From the NCBI GenBank assembly GCA_009602735.1, contig WELA01001870.1:110202-174201 (forward strand): DNA of 64,000 bases. The letters run 5' to 3'. The notes under the pieces are model-generated. The model searched no databases and had not been told where the DNA came from. It saw only the letters and a list, made by a program, of their open reading frames with translations. Below, piece after piece: positions 1-13,242 of this stretch. Source of the stretch: Mesotaenium endlicherianum. Its lineage: Eukaryota. How positions within the stretch are numbered: the stretch's first letter is position 1; every line of letters starts with the position of its first letter. The position numbers were made by a program, and so were the translations under genes.

Positions 1-1717
1 TTTTGATAGCTGATTAGTATCCAGATTCTCATACTGGTACACGTGTTTACCTTGCTCCCTATTATTTGCAAACTTAAATATTATCTATCTGCTAGCTTTG
101 GGTTGGCTCTGCCTCTGAGACCCATCCGTTATAGACCTGGTCAGAAATAGCCTTATTTTTAAGGGGGTGGCACCTAGACGCCCCTGCACAGTGGAGAGTC
201 ACAGCAGCCGGCCTGTCTGGCCATCACATTGAGCAAGCAGTTGTACGTACATCACTCTGGCTGCTGGCTGCTTTGGCTCTTAGCAGTGGTCTATATCTAC
301 TTCTGTTGAGCGAGCTAGCATGCACGCACGTACGCTTTGCGAGCTCAGAATAGTCTGAGGCCTATAGGAGTGCCGTTCCTTAACAGGGCAGCCTGCACGC
401 CTTTGTACGTGTGCTGCAGCTCACGCGTAGGAGGTATACCTCTCCATACTAGCACTAGAGGTGTGTAGGCTAGCTGGTATTGTTTCTAATATTTTATGTG
501 CTTTTAATAATTTATTTACTTATTTCACATCCCTGTGCTCTCTTGCAGTTGCTCCCTGTATGCTTTCGATATATGTATTGTGAGCCCATACTCGCGATCT
601 GCATTTGTTACATGCACAAATGTGGGCTAGCTCAAGCATGTCCTAGACCCATCAGCCTGCAGCCCAGGTACTCAAGCTTCCTGTTCCCTACGAGCCCGGG
701 ACTTTGGAAAGCTCAAGCTGCTGTAGAAATGTGTTTGAGCAGCTGCAGCATGCATGCTGGAATAGCTCCAGATTGGTGGTGCACTCGAGTCCCACGATCT
801 GCATGTCATCATTCGATGCAGTGGTTACGTACATGTGCTAGTGATTCTCTTTCCCAAGTAGTGGTTGCCCCTGCAACCTGAGCCCTGAAGTACTGGGTGA
901 TTACTTATTATTCTATGCATGTAGCTGGGAAATTGCTGGTGCTCCTGCTGCTCAAAGCCGGCCCACCTTACAATGCTGCGCAGCATCTGCAACTGTTACC
1001 CAAGGGCGATAGGACCAACTTAATATACTTGCTCCATATGCGCGAAGCATGGTGTCTCTCTATCTCAATCTTCTGTCCTAAACTTACACTAATCATCCAG
1101 GAGAATCTTTCGTATGGCGGGAACAAGGACAGGGGTTGCCTGTCTTGCAACTTTGAGTACCATGCCTTGAAATCGACAAAGTGGCACGTGCAGTGTAGTT
1201 GCACCGCGCCAGTTCCTTCGCCAATCGATCTCAAATTCAACACGTCAGCTTAAAATGCCATTCAGTCCTACCCTGAGCGACAGGTGATACCTGTACATGA
1301 CTCAAGCTTGATGACTCTCTGCCAACAGTGCATCAGGCAGCCAACTCCGGCCCTCAATCAGCTCGCGGCGGCCGCTGCAACTTTGCATCTGCGGCATCAC
1401 CTAGCTTGCCAAACGTGAAGAGTCTTGCAAAGCCAAGGTGGTGTTAAGTCATGGGGTACTCTCTCTCCAACTCTTTGAGGTGCATGCAATGCTGTGTCGT
1501 GTTTTTGTTTTGCAACAACATCAGACCCAAAGAATCCAGGAAGCGTGGATGCACCCAGCTTCTTGGCCCATTTCAAAATTTGTGCAGGTCTTAAAGAGAG
1601 TCATAATCAATGGGAGTAAAGCCCTCGCCAAAATCATTTGCAGCCGGCAAATCCACTCGCAGTGGACGCAGCCGTAGGTCACAACAAGAGTCCAATTGTG
1701 CCCCAACGAGCATGCAC

Positions 1718-1796
<79 letters not shown>
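1718..1796. repeat. (GA)n microsatellite next to an N gap; others at ~3579-3690, 5133-5275 and 8951-9011
   Basis: Seen directly. Confidence 0.95.
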
Positions 1797-1998
1797 NNNN
1801 NNNNNNNNNNNNNNNNNNNNNNNNNNNNNNNNNNNNNNNNNNNNNNNNNNNNNNNNNNNNNNNNNNNNNNNNNNNNNNNNNNNNNNNNNNNNNNNNNNNN
1901 NNNNNNNNNNNNNNNNNNNNNNNNNNNNNNNNNNNNNNNNNNNGGGGGGAGAGGGCAGGGGAGGGGGGGGAAGAGGAAAATCAAACACTCTTCTAACT

Positions 1999-3576
1999 CT
2001 ACACTGACATATAGAGGGCAGGCTGATCCATGTGTCTGCACAAGCTCTCGCCCAGCCTAGCTATGGCCGCCAGCTCGCGCTTCTTGTCCTGTATGACGTT
2101 ACCCGACGCGCTGTTCAGGGACGGGCTCGTGAAGTGAACCTCCCAATGGGGGCCCGTCTTCTCCTCCACCCTCGAAATTGTGGCCGTCACTTTCATCAAG
2201 GCCGCCGGCCCCCTGCAACAGCGCCAGCACTCATCACCCGCCTGTCAGTCACAGCCTTGCCGGTGAGCAGCAAGCTCAGGTGCCTCTGTCTCCTGCATGC
2301 ACGCAGCCTCCGTGGCGTCCAGCAACTGACGAGCAATGCCATCCCGCAGAACACACACAAGAGAGAAGGCAGGCCTTTCGCACTGTTCTAGCATGCATTC
2401 CATCATAAAGTGTGTCTAAGTCAGTTGCAGGTCTTGAATCCACTAACAGCCCCAAAAAAGGGAATGAAAAGAGAAGCTTGGTCCCAGCCTCACTTCCCCT
2501 TCCTTCCCATCTCTGCCTCCTGTCTCCGGCCTCTTCTGCCAGCGCAACAGGTTGAATGCAGCAGCAGTGAGCAAGTCGGAGTCGCAATGAGCACGTCACA
2601 CAAAGCATCACAGTGCGTGCCAATGTGTTGCCGTCGTCGCTGCTCTCTGTCAAGATGCGTTTGTTTTCATTCGCTCTCTTCTGTTTAAGAGCTGCCTCTT
2701 GGATTACCACGAGGTGTAAGAAACCCGTGTGCGTCGACAGAGGCAGGAGCGACAAGACCCTCTTCCTCCTCCCTCAGGGGCATGAACACGGCCAAAGAGG
2801 AGGAGGGAGGGCGGGAAGGAGGGAGGAGAGGGAGGAGAAAGAGGAGAGGGAGGGAGAAAAACATCGAGGGGAAGAGAGAGGCATTGAAAGTCGTGTCAGG
2901 ACCTGGAGGACTCGCAGAAGCTGCTGTCGTCGTCGCCGTTGGTGGCGGTGCCCTCCTCCCGCTGGGCGCCCTCAGCGTCCTCCTCCTCGAGGGCCACCGT
3001 GCCCTCCAGCGAGAACTCCTCCTTGTAGCGGACCTGCGCCAACAACCGCAGCACGCACGGCACTTTCAGATCGCCAGAAACTTTTCTATTCTTCCCCTAC
3101 CTCATTTCTACGACAGTGTCATGAGCGCTGCCTTGCCCAAGCTCGTTCCACTTCCAGAGCGCAAGCACTGCCAAGCCCGACAGGGAGGGGGCCGACGCCA
3201 GCGGATGATTCACAGCGGAAGCAGTCCCTTCCTCTCAACACCAGAGACAGGGGCAAACTGCATGCTTGCGCCAGCTGGCCGACGCGAACAGGCGCCGTGC
3301 TGTGCAGCTGCGCTCTATGCTAGAGTGTGTGCAGAGCCTGGACAGGGACCAGACAGCACATCCTCCACGGCGTCGAACAAAGCATGCCAGCTCCTCCTGA
3401 CACCTGAGACATATGTGGATGTAATTTGGTCGAGGAGGGCGTTAGGAGGGGAGGGAAGCTTGCTTACATGTTGCACGCCCATGCGTAAGCTGCTGCCATG
3501 TGGCAGCTGTACGTGGGCCTTCTTCTTGGCACTCCACATGCAGTTCCGTGCAATTGCCCACAGGTCACTGCCCCCC

Positions 3577-3651
<75 letters not shown>

Positions 3652-3652
3652 N

Positions 3653-3695
<43 letters not shown>

Positions 3696-4790
3696 TAGTA
3701 CCAGTAGAAGGCGTAGTTTGATGCATTTGGTTAAGTGCTCACGAAATTTTGGCAGGAGGGCCGATTTTGCCCTCACTCCTAAGAACCTTGAAGTAAAGTT
3801 TTGCGACCATGGGGGAAACCATTTGAGTCAGCTACCACGGGGGGAATCTCAAAAAGTATCTCTCCAAGAGTGCATGTTTCAGAATTACTCGTGGAGTTGC
3901 TCTCTGTCATTCACATAAATCTGTTCTGAGGGAACCTCGTGAGCCAAGAACTTAGGATAAGTCACGAGTCGTGGCGAGGCTTCACATATGGCGTTCGGAA
4001 CGAGTTCAATGGGTCAATGGGGAAGGCGCTTCGTGACGTCTATGGAAGAGCAAAGAGGGAGCAATGCATGCGCTCGAGCTTATGGAGGCCGGCAGCCATG
4101 GCTGATCGTTGCTAGAAGGGCGTGGGAGCACGTAGGAGGGTGGCGTGAGGGAGAGGGCATGGCAATGGCCGCAACAACATTCAACAAGGATTCAGAGCGT
4201 CGTGCAGGTTTTGTCATTGAAGAGAATTGTGACGCAGGCTCGGTACTCCGGTTCTGCCAGAGCAGAATGCGTCGCAGCCCCCCACCACATTCAAAAGTAC
4301 CCTCCGGTATCTCTATGGTACAAGTAGAGCAGGAAGCGATGCAGGCTGGAGCCGAAGCGAACCAGCAGCAGCCAATCGCACATCCACGACCCCATCCCCT
4401 CTGGCGGTTTTACTGGTCCGGAGTTGAACCCACGCGTTGTAACGGTAAAGTGGCAGGATCTCAGCCTCTCAACTGTGACTTCCCCCACGAAGGAGGGAGG
4501 GCCATGCCCATGCACACACGCCGGCCATTCACATGCCATCGCCGGTCATTCCCATTGGCGCAGCAGAAGCAGAGGTCGCCTCTTGGTCCACCCCGTGCAA
4601 AAGCGGGGAGCCACAAGAGAGGGCGTTCGGAGAGGAGATGAGAGGAAACAAATATTCACTTCTCCTGACAGCGCAACGCGGGTAAGAGGTGGGAACCTGG
4701 GGGCAAGGCTGGAGGGCAGGGTCTTCACTTGCTAGCGCAAGAGAGAAAAGGGAGAGGGGGAGAGGGGAGAGGAAGGAGGGGGGGGGGGGN

Positions 4791-4827
<37 letters not shown>

Positions 4828-5233
4828 CGATGCGTAGTTAGCAAACCGCGTGGTGGCGCTCTCGTCTTCCTCGACATAGTACTGCGCGAGCAGGCGCACT
4901 CGAAAGTCCAGCTGGTTGTGGGGGTTGAGGTACACGATGTAGAAGGGGCGCACGTTGTACGTCTTCATGCGGCACAGCTCCAGGTACTGCGAGGTCTCCG
5001 AGCGAGGGTCGCGCACGCGGAACAGCATGCCCAGCCCTGTGCAGTCCTGCGCCGTCGCAGCCCGCCAGCCCACACAGAAGGGGCTGCATCTCAGAGAGAG
5101 AGGGAGGGCGGGAGGGGAAGGGGGGGAGGGGGGAGAGAGAGAGAGAGAGNNNNNNNNNNNNNNNNNNNNNNNNNNNNNNNNNNNNNNNNNNNNNNNNNNN
5201 NNNNNNNNNNNNNNNNNNNNNNNNNNNNNNNNN

Positions 5234-5279
<46 letters not shown>

Positions 5280-8200
5280 CCGCCTGAAGAGCTCCCTGCC
5301 AATGCCCCCAGGAATTGCCTGCTGGGGGTGCACAGCTGTGCAGCGACAGCAGCGGAGCACACCAGCAGAGGCCCCCCCAGGGACGCGAGCACAAGGGAAG
5401 AGAACAGAACCCAACTGACCCCTAAGGAGAGGCTGGCATGTGCACCCCGCTTGAGATGAGTGGCAACAGGGGAGCAGCCTGAGGCACACATGGAGGGCAC
5501 GCTACAGAAGCAGCCTGATGGAGGGAAAGATGAGGAGAGGGACGGGAGGCGGAGGGTGCGAGGGTGGGAGCCAGAGTGGGGCGCCAACGTGCAGGGGTGA
5601 CAAGCTGGGATCGATTGAGGAGAAAAGAGCGCGCGCGCGCGCACCTTCTTGTCGCGCACGTAGAGCGTGAGGTGTGTGTCAGAGCCGACCTCCTTGAAGT
5701 TGTAGAGGGGGGAGGTGAGCAGCTGGCGCAGCGTGTGCGCCACGCTGGCGGTCAGGTCGTTGCTAAACATGCTCTTGATGCTCCTCACGGCATCCACCTG
5801 TCATCACAAGGCGTGCACGCACACGTGCGCCCCAACCAACGCATTGATGGACCCGGAGCCAAGGCACTTCGTCAGACAGCATGCACAGTACGCACGAGCC
5901 AGTGCTTCTGACAGCACCTCTTGCTCTGCCAGCTGGGCATTAAGATGGAATGCAGAAAGTCTGCTAAGAGGAAGCAGCCCCCCCCCCCNNNNNNNNNNNN
6001 NNNNNNNNNNNNNNNNNNNNNNNNNNNNNCCCCCCCCCCCCCCTTCTGCCCCCCAATGATTACTCTCTCTTTCTCCCCTTTCCCTCTCTTGTATGCCTCC
6101 CGCCCTTGTGCCTACTGTATGAAGCAGACTTCCGACAGTAGAGCTGGATGGAGTAGAGGCTATGGCAGACGCATGGCATGAGGCGGAGAGAAGGGAGCCA
6201 GCTGGCACGTGCCTGCAAGCGCAGCATGGAGGTGAGGTCGACGACGCGGCCGGTGAGGGCGGTCTCGCCCTCACGGTTGTAAAACAGCTCCTTGCCCAGG
6301 CTCATGCGCACCTTCACCTCGTCGTACCGGTACAGCCCCTCCTGCAGCTGCGTCTCCCCCGCCACCTCGGCCAGCCGCTGTAAACACCCCCCCACCCCCC
6401 CTCCTCCCCCCCAAAAAAACNACGTACACGGATAAAGACACGTCATTAGGGCTGTAGTGTGCAGTAAATGTATACACAAAGCTGGGCACGCCGATGTCAA
6501 CAAAGAAAACCGCGACACCGGCACATGCCAGCAGAGGAGCACACGTGCGCAAGAAGGTGGCAAACTGCTGCACATGCTTACGGGGCTGGCCCTGTCGCAG
6601 GAGGAAAGCTACAATCACTAAAATATACCCGAGCACATCTCCATGAGCTTGTCCTACTCTTGCAGATAAACACCACAGCGATAAATGCATGGGCCCAGCC
6701 AAAACCATCGAATCCGGAATCCGCGGTTCGCGCCCTGTCCACCCGTCACTAGTCCCTCAGCAGCCTGCCAAAGAACTTCTGGAACCTCCCTGCCCACAGA
6801 CGCCCAGCTCTCGTCCGAAAGCGAAAAGCACCGCCTAAGCAATATGACCACACGTGGTTGGTGCGCAAGAAGACAAGGAGGCGCAACCCGCCCACCCACA
6901 CACACTTGGGCACAGCCACCGACCCACCCACCCACCCCCCATCCACGCCCCACGCACACGCATCACCTGATCAATCCAGCCATCACCCGAGCGCCTGCGC
7001 TGCCCGTCATCCTCTTCTCTCCTCCCCTCCCTACGGTCCCCTGCCCCCCCCGCCTCCCAGTAGGGCGTGCCGTCTCTGGGAAGCAACTCACGTTGAGCAG
7101 GAACTTTCGGTAGTTGCTGTCATGCTTGCGCTTGGCAGGGTCGGCATGAACGGGCACGATTGGCGACGAGGGGTAGACGAGCGGCAGGCTGGGCTTCTGG
7201 AGGAGGTCGGCGCTGGGCCGCTTCAGCTCCAGGGTGGCCGGGCCCTTGGCGGGCGCCACCGCAGCAGGAGGAGGCGAGGACGCTGACGCTGACGCTAACG
7301 ATGGTGATGGTGACGGCGATGGCGAGGCGGGTGCCCTGGGCTGTTCCAAATTTGACGCTTTCCTCTCGCCTGTCGCTGACCTGAGCGCACACACGCGCAC
7401 ATGCACACATGCACACACACACACACACACACACACATGCAGATGCACGCGCACACGTTATGGACGCACACACGCGCATATGTATACACGTGTCTACAAG
7501 GGTTGATGATGTTTGACAACGAAATGCCGTGTGAAAAGGGTGAGTGCCGAGCTGGGCAGTGAGCGGAGGACTTGAGGCGCAAGCTCAGGCGTGAGGGCAG
7601 CTCTTCCTGAACACCGGGTCCCGCCAGCTGACCTCTCCCACTGACACTATGGAGAACCCCTTCGGGATGTCTATTTTGTCCCGGAGGGGCCCCCCCGCCC
7701 CCGACATCCCCGAGGGCTCGCACCCAAAATAGGCCATGGGCTTGGATCTACTAAGTGAAAAGGACGCTTTTGAGAGGTACTCATAAATTTGAAGACCGCG
7801 AGCCGACCTCTCCCATGTGCAGGGAATACCGGGCTGCGGAAAGAGAGTGAAGACGAGGGCACCAGAAGAGACACACGGCAAGCTCTGCAGCGATGGGCCC
7901 ACGCAACATCCGTGGCAGGACCAGCAGGACTACGCCACTTGAACACCCAGGCGTGACGCCGACTGGCTGGCCCTGCTATGGCCTCAGCCGTCTTCAGCAG
8001 GGCTGTCTGCTCCACATGAAGACAACTGCCGGGCTTGAACTCGAGTCCCGCAGGTGAGGAGTGTGCGGCGGCTCTGACTTGGGAGCACGCGCTTCGGCTG
8101 TGCCCAAAAGTGCGACAAGTCACACACGCGGTACAACCTTGTGCCCAGTCTGCTCCTCAGACCCACTACTCCGCTGGCTTTGAGCCCTCGCCCAAGTAAA

Positions 8201-10481
8201 GGAGAGGAGAGCCAGAGCCACTCAAGGCGAGCCACTTCTGCAAGCTCTAAGCCGGCCCCCGGGGGCGGGCGGCACGCGCTACAGAGGCGGCTTAAAAGCC
8301 CACTCGAAGCTTTGCCTGACTCGCTTGCTTGCGCACATGCAAGTGCGGTGCGCGCGCTCGAGCATAGCACTCAAGCAAGCCGAGCGCAAATCGCTGCACC
8401 GTAGGCAATGTGTGTACAGTTTTTTGCAGAAAGCCGTCTCGAAGTACAAGCAGCCTGCCGTGGTGCACTCCGCGCCCCTATGACGGGCAAGTGTCACTAA
8501 AAAGAGGGGGCTAGTGCGGGAGCGACGGACGGACAGACGGACCTTCGTGTGGGGGGGGCTTCCACGGAAGGCTCCACCCGGTACGACGGGTCGTTGCGCA
8601 GCTCATTCAGCAGCTTCCCCGAGCGTATCTGCCGAGACGGCACAAACTCCACCATCTCTGCCACCGCCCCAAAGCACAGCAGCCAGCCAGCCAGCCAGCC
8701 AGCATCGTCCACGTCAACCAAGGCAAAGCGCCCCAAACAGATGGTACGGCCACGTGCCGGTGCAAGGGTATCGCAGGTGGTGCGGAGGAAGGATCGCACA
8801 AACCCCAGATTTGTGCATGCGCCTCTCTGTGCGCAGCGTGCGTGAGATCGAGCCGTGCAAATGGACGGGGGGGAGGCGTGAGAGTCCAGAAAGAGCACAG
8901 CTGTGGTCTAGCCCCAGGGGGAGATTCATTGTGACACTCGCATATGCGAAAGAGAGAGAGAGAGAGGGAGAGAGAGAGAGAGGGAGGGAGGGAGAGAGAG
9001 AGAGAGAGAGAGGTGGGGGGGTNNNNNNNNNNNNNNNNNNNNNNNNNNNNNNNNNNNNNNNNNNNNNNNNNNNNNNNNNNNNNNNNNNNNNNNNNNNNNN
9101 NNNNNNNNNNNNNNNNGGGGGGGAAGGGGTACCAGTGAAGCGGGGTGAGAAGACGTGGTGAACCTCACGCGGGTGGGGGTACAGGCCTGTCCTGCGCGGC
9201 ACGCCTTTCTGCAGCTTATGGACAATGCTGTCGATGATTCTCAGCGCGACACCTATGCTCTCCGCGTCTCCGTAAATCTGCAAGCCAGACGCAGGAAGGG
9301 GAGTGCCGCTCGTGCTAGTCAATGACTACCCACCTCTCACCTCAAGCCTCAAGTGTCCTTGTATGGAGGGACTTATATGGGGTCCCGGGGGAGCAGAAGG
9401 TTCACAAGCCCGGTGACTTACAAAGCACAGGCTTGTGATGATTCTGTTTTCACCTTTCCTCTCTGCTTACCTGGAGAGGAACGAGAGCAGAGGATGGGAC
9501 ACAAAGGGCTGCTTCAAAGGGGAAGCGCCCTTGGGCTCCAGGACGTCACAGGCTCCGCTCGGCTCGGACCTCCTCTCATTGGAAAGGAGGTAGCCAAGTC
9601 ACAATGGCAGACAGAGTGCCGAGCCCTGACGCGACGACAGCAGTGAGATTCTCATGGCGCATGCAGGCACCAAGTCCCTCTTGCATGAACTACACCCTGC
9701 CGGCAGCGAGCTGCTTCGACTCCATCTCTACTGTTCCCCACCTCCCGCTCACTGGCAGCCACCAGGAAAGCAATCGGAGTTGCCAAAAGAGCTTCGGCCT
9801 CCGCCTCGACAGGCTGCAATGCTTGTTGACGACCCAAACAGTGCACCGCGTGAGCCAGAGTGCACTATGCCAGAAGCAGACCCCATAGAGGAGCTTGCGT
9901 GTTCTCCACTCAGTGAGGACCAATGCCCCACCACCACCGCCGCGCGTGCACTAACGAACCGCTACTACAAGTAGGTCTGGGGGCAGGTCAAGCTTGGTAA
10001 CTGCTGACTCAAGCCCACCAGCGGGTGCCTGGTGCAGCAGCGCAACGGCCTGCTTTCCTCTTCGTAGCACACTGCCACCTGGCAACCCCTAGTGCCTGGC
10101 AATGGCTCCCCTTCTTGGCCGAGTAGAGCCCAGGGCCTGCAGAGCATCTCCATACGACGTGACCTTTGAGCTGCAAGGAGTCACAGTCACTCAAGGAGTG
10201 GCCCTGCAGCAGGTGGTGGGGGGGTGGGGGTAAGGAGAGACAGGCTGGCTGGCTATAGGCCGGCTGACTGATTGGCTGGCTGGCGGGATGCTGTACCTTG
10301 ACTTGCTTGAAGGTGAAGTCGATGTAGCAGCGCGCGCCCGACTGGATCTCTATGTCGCGCAGCCCGCTGCCCTTGTAGCCCCACATGTCCACTGCCTGCA
10401 CGTGGCTGGGAAGCTGCAGATGCATGCATGCATGCCAGTGTGAGTGCACCACCCGTTGGTCAGCGACAGCCAGTCACACAG

Positions 10482-10515
<34 letters not shown>

Positions 10516-12120
10516 CGACTGGCTGGGTGTCAGTGACGGCCAGGGAAGATGGTGACGGGCAAAAGCAGATGGAGGAGGAGGTGCTGACGGTATGTGTACT
10601 CGTGATTCATGGGACGGCCAGTCACAGGAGGAGGTCTGAGTAGGATTCCGGGTCTGGGGAGCCCTGGTGGGCAGTCACGAGCTCCCAGAGCTAGAGCAAG
10701 CAAAGCTCCTGGTTCTGCAACGCAAGGACAGGCTGAAGACTCTGCTGGCTTTGTTGAGCCGGAGATCTTGGCCAGCAACACTACAACTCAGACTGGTCGC
10801 AGCCACAGCACAGAGCAAAGACAGAGTCTCTTGCATGGCAGAACTGATGGCCTGCACCAGTGTGACGCAGAATGAGGCATTTCCAGACAGTGCAATTTCA
10901 GACGCAAGTGAGTGTAGATGCATCCCGGCCAGAGGAGTCACACTTTATCGCCACTTCCCCACAGCACATGCAGTCAGTGCTCCCCCAAACCCGCACTGAA
11001 TTAGCAGGAAGTGCTCTAAAGGCTTCCCCTGCTGTACGACATGCTGCAAGCTTGAGAACTTCGAGTTTCTGACGTCTACCCGACCAAAGAAGTAAGAAAC
11101 GAAAGAGAGATGATTCTATGGCTCCATCTTGATCACGGTGTTGCAGAGTACCTTGTGCAGAAACAGCTTCCTACATCCTCTCCAAGTATGTGAGCACTAT
11201 CAGAAACGACTGAGAGGCTCGACGAACAAGAATGTCAGCTGACTCACAGGAGTTTGTGAAAGTCTGATAAAAGTTTTATCAAGGTATTTTGCTAGCTAAG
11301 AATCCCTGGTCGGCGGACTTTTACTATGTGCAATACTTTCCTTTCGTGCAATTGCCCTCGGTTGAGTGGGTGGCGGGGGTAGCTCATTTTGACCGTAGAA
11401 CGTTACAAACCCAGAGCTAAAGCATCATCCATGCATGCACAGTGAAATAAGTTGTCTCATATAATCTCTCAAAAACGAACTAGAATGACTCCCATTCATC
11501 TCCTCATGGAGTATCCCCCCCGCTACAAGGTTGTAACGTGCAGTTATATGTGGCAGCTTCAGCATAACCTCATATGCTACTTAACACCCACGTTCTCTTG
11601 ACTCCTGCACTTCCGTTGCACTGCATTTAGTGGCACTCAGCTGTTGAGATTCGTGAGCGTGAAGAGCACTCACATCATACACAGCAGATTCAGTGGCTCC
11701 TGCCAATGAGTTGGCACTCTCTGGCAACTTCTCCGGGCGCTGAACTACTCTCTTCAAAGGCATATCCGTGTCAGCTTCCTCTGTTCTTTCTGTAGCCGTG
11801 CAGTTGACAATAAGTTTTTTCCTAGTCGTTGTTGGGGCAATCTTGACACTATGTAGCCCATGGCTGCTTGATGTATATACAGACCCACCCAATGCACGAC
11901 ACTCGTCCTGCTGTGTCCTCAGAAAGTGATGGTCAACTGAACTTACTCCCTGCCTACGGCAAGCATAATTGCTACTTGAAGATCGAATTCGTTGCAAAGG
12001 CCGTTGAACTCGAGTCGCAGTCCTAGCTTTGCACAATCCCGCTCGGAGATTACCGTAGCTGTGAGCTGGAACTTTGAGGTCAAAGCGTCCTAAATGAATC
12101 GGTACCTGAACAGCAGCCAT
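1999..12120 (-). CDS. Multi-exon KH-domain protein, probably organelle-targeted; C-terminal domain not identified; exon set and 3' end approximate
   Basis: Exons ~10295-10410 and ~9160-9278 join to give VDMWGYKGSGLRDIEIQSGARCYIDFTFKQVK/IYGDAESIGVALRIIDSIV, a KH fold with a GxxG loop. Further coding-like segments lie at ~8540-8660, 7585-7790, 7090-7380, 6210-6380, 5645-5797, 4840-5060, 2902-3032 and 1999-2212; the last two join in frame at GT-AG sites. The first exon (11581-12120) is Ser/Arg-rich like a transit peptide. Confidence 0.6.
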
Positions 12121-13242
12121 ATCATAGACACTAGATAATCATGACATTCTACGAGCTCTTACAACCCGTGATTAAGAGTACCAGGCAGTGCTAATAAAAT
12201 CCAACTCTCAGGAACTCCTTGCCAGTACTCTTTCCTGTTGAGAACCTCTCCAGGTCGTTCACTAGACAATTGACGTGTGCTAAGGTCGTAGATATCGTTC
12301 GAATCAATAACGTGTTTACTCATAAGTTTGTCCACATATTTTAACGCGTCCTTTGCATCAACAAAGCTCGGGCATGACGAATCCTTTGCAGAACCCTGTC
12401 CACACGTACTTGACGTCTTATTACAACGGGAAATGACGGAAAGCCGTGTATAGCAGAAGCTTATCACTCACGGAGAACAAATATTGATAGTGATCCACAG
12501 TAATATCCGAACCTCGAAGGTGGGCCGACCTTCGGGTCATTTCATACACGACGGCAAATAGCATGCAAGCTGCGCGGAGTTTGCAGATGCGTACTTATAC
12601 TTATACTTTTAACGGTGGATCTAATTTTTATCTGACTGCTAGCAAGACTTCCTATGTCGTACAGATAACGAAAAGAACAGATCGCTATCTCCGCACGGTT
12701 TCTAGGTTTGAAAAGCCTTGTACATAAATCTATACGGGAGAGGAATAAATACAATATACGAAAAACATAAATTTGTGTAATCAGCTGTATGCGACTGCAT
12801 CCTACCGTATCCGACTGTATCAGAGTGTGATACGAGTGTATCCACAAAATGCCGGTCAAAGCAAATCGACACGTACGGAGCAGCACAAGCTGTCCTCACA
12901 GATGGCAATGTCTTTGTGACTGCAGCGCCCTCTCCGTGTGCTCCCCACTCATTTGCCGTGGCTCCGAATCGTCAGAGAAGCAAATTGTGTGTGCATCATA
13001 CCCTCCCTCTTCAGCAAACGATCTGGCATGCTCGCGGCATGCACCCTGTGTGCTAGTCGAACACAACTCATGTCGCGGAGTTCAATTGCAAAGCTCATGT
13101 AGGTGGTGCATTCAAGATTACCTTCAATCAACCGTGCAAACGCAAAACTATAAGAACGTGCTTCTGTTATTTTCCTCGTAAGCCCTCGATTGAATGCCGG
13201 TGATCCTTTTACTTTATACATTCTTCGCCAACAATTTGCCTC

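Noticed and set aside
1..900. Possible LTR or TE fragment at the window start
   Set aside because: No partner repeat, PBS/PPT or coding motif within the window.
1521..2060. ORFs rich in ER/SL or HT/CV repeats here and at 3498-3721, 5091-5489, 51651-52219 and 53214-53529
   Set aside because: They arise from microsatellites and N gaps.
9600..10150. Coding-looking segment inside the KH-gene intron, possibly a TE remnant
   Set aside because: Multiple stops and no motif I can support.
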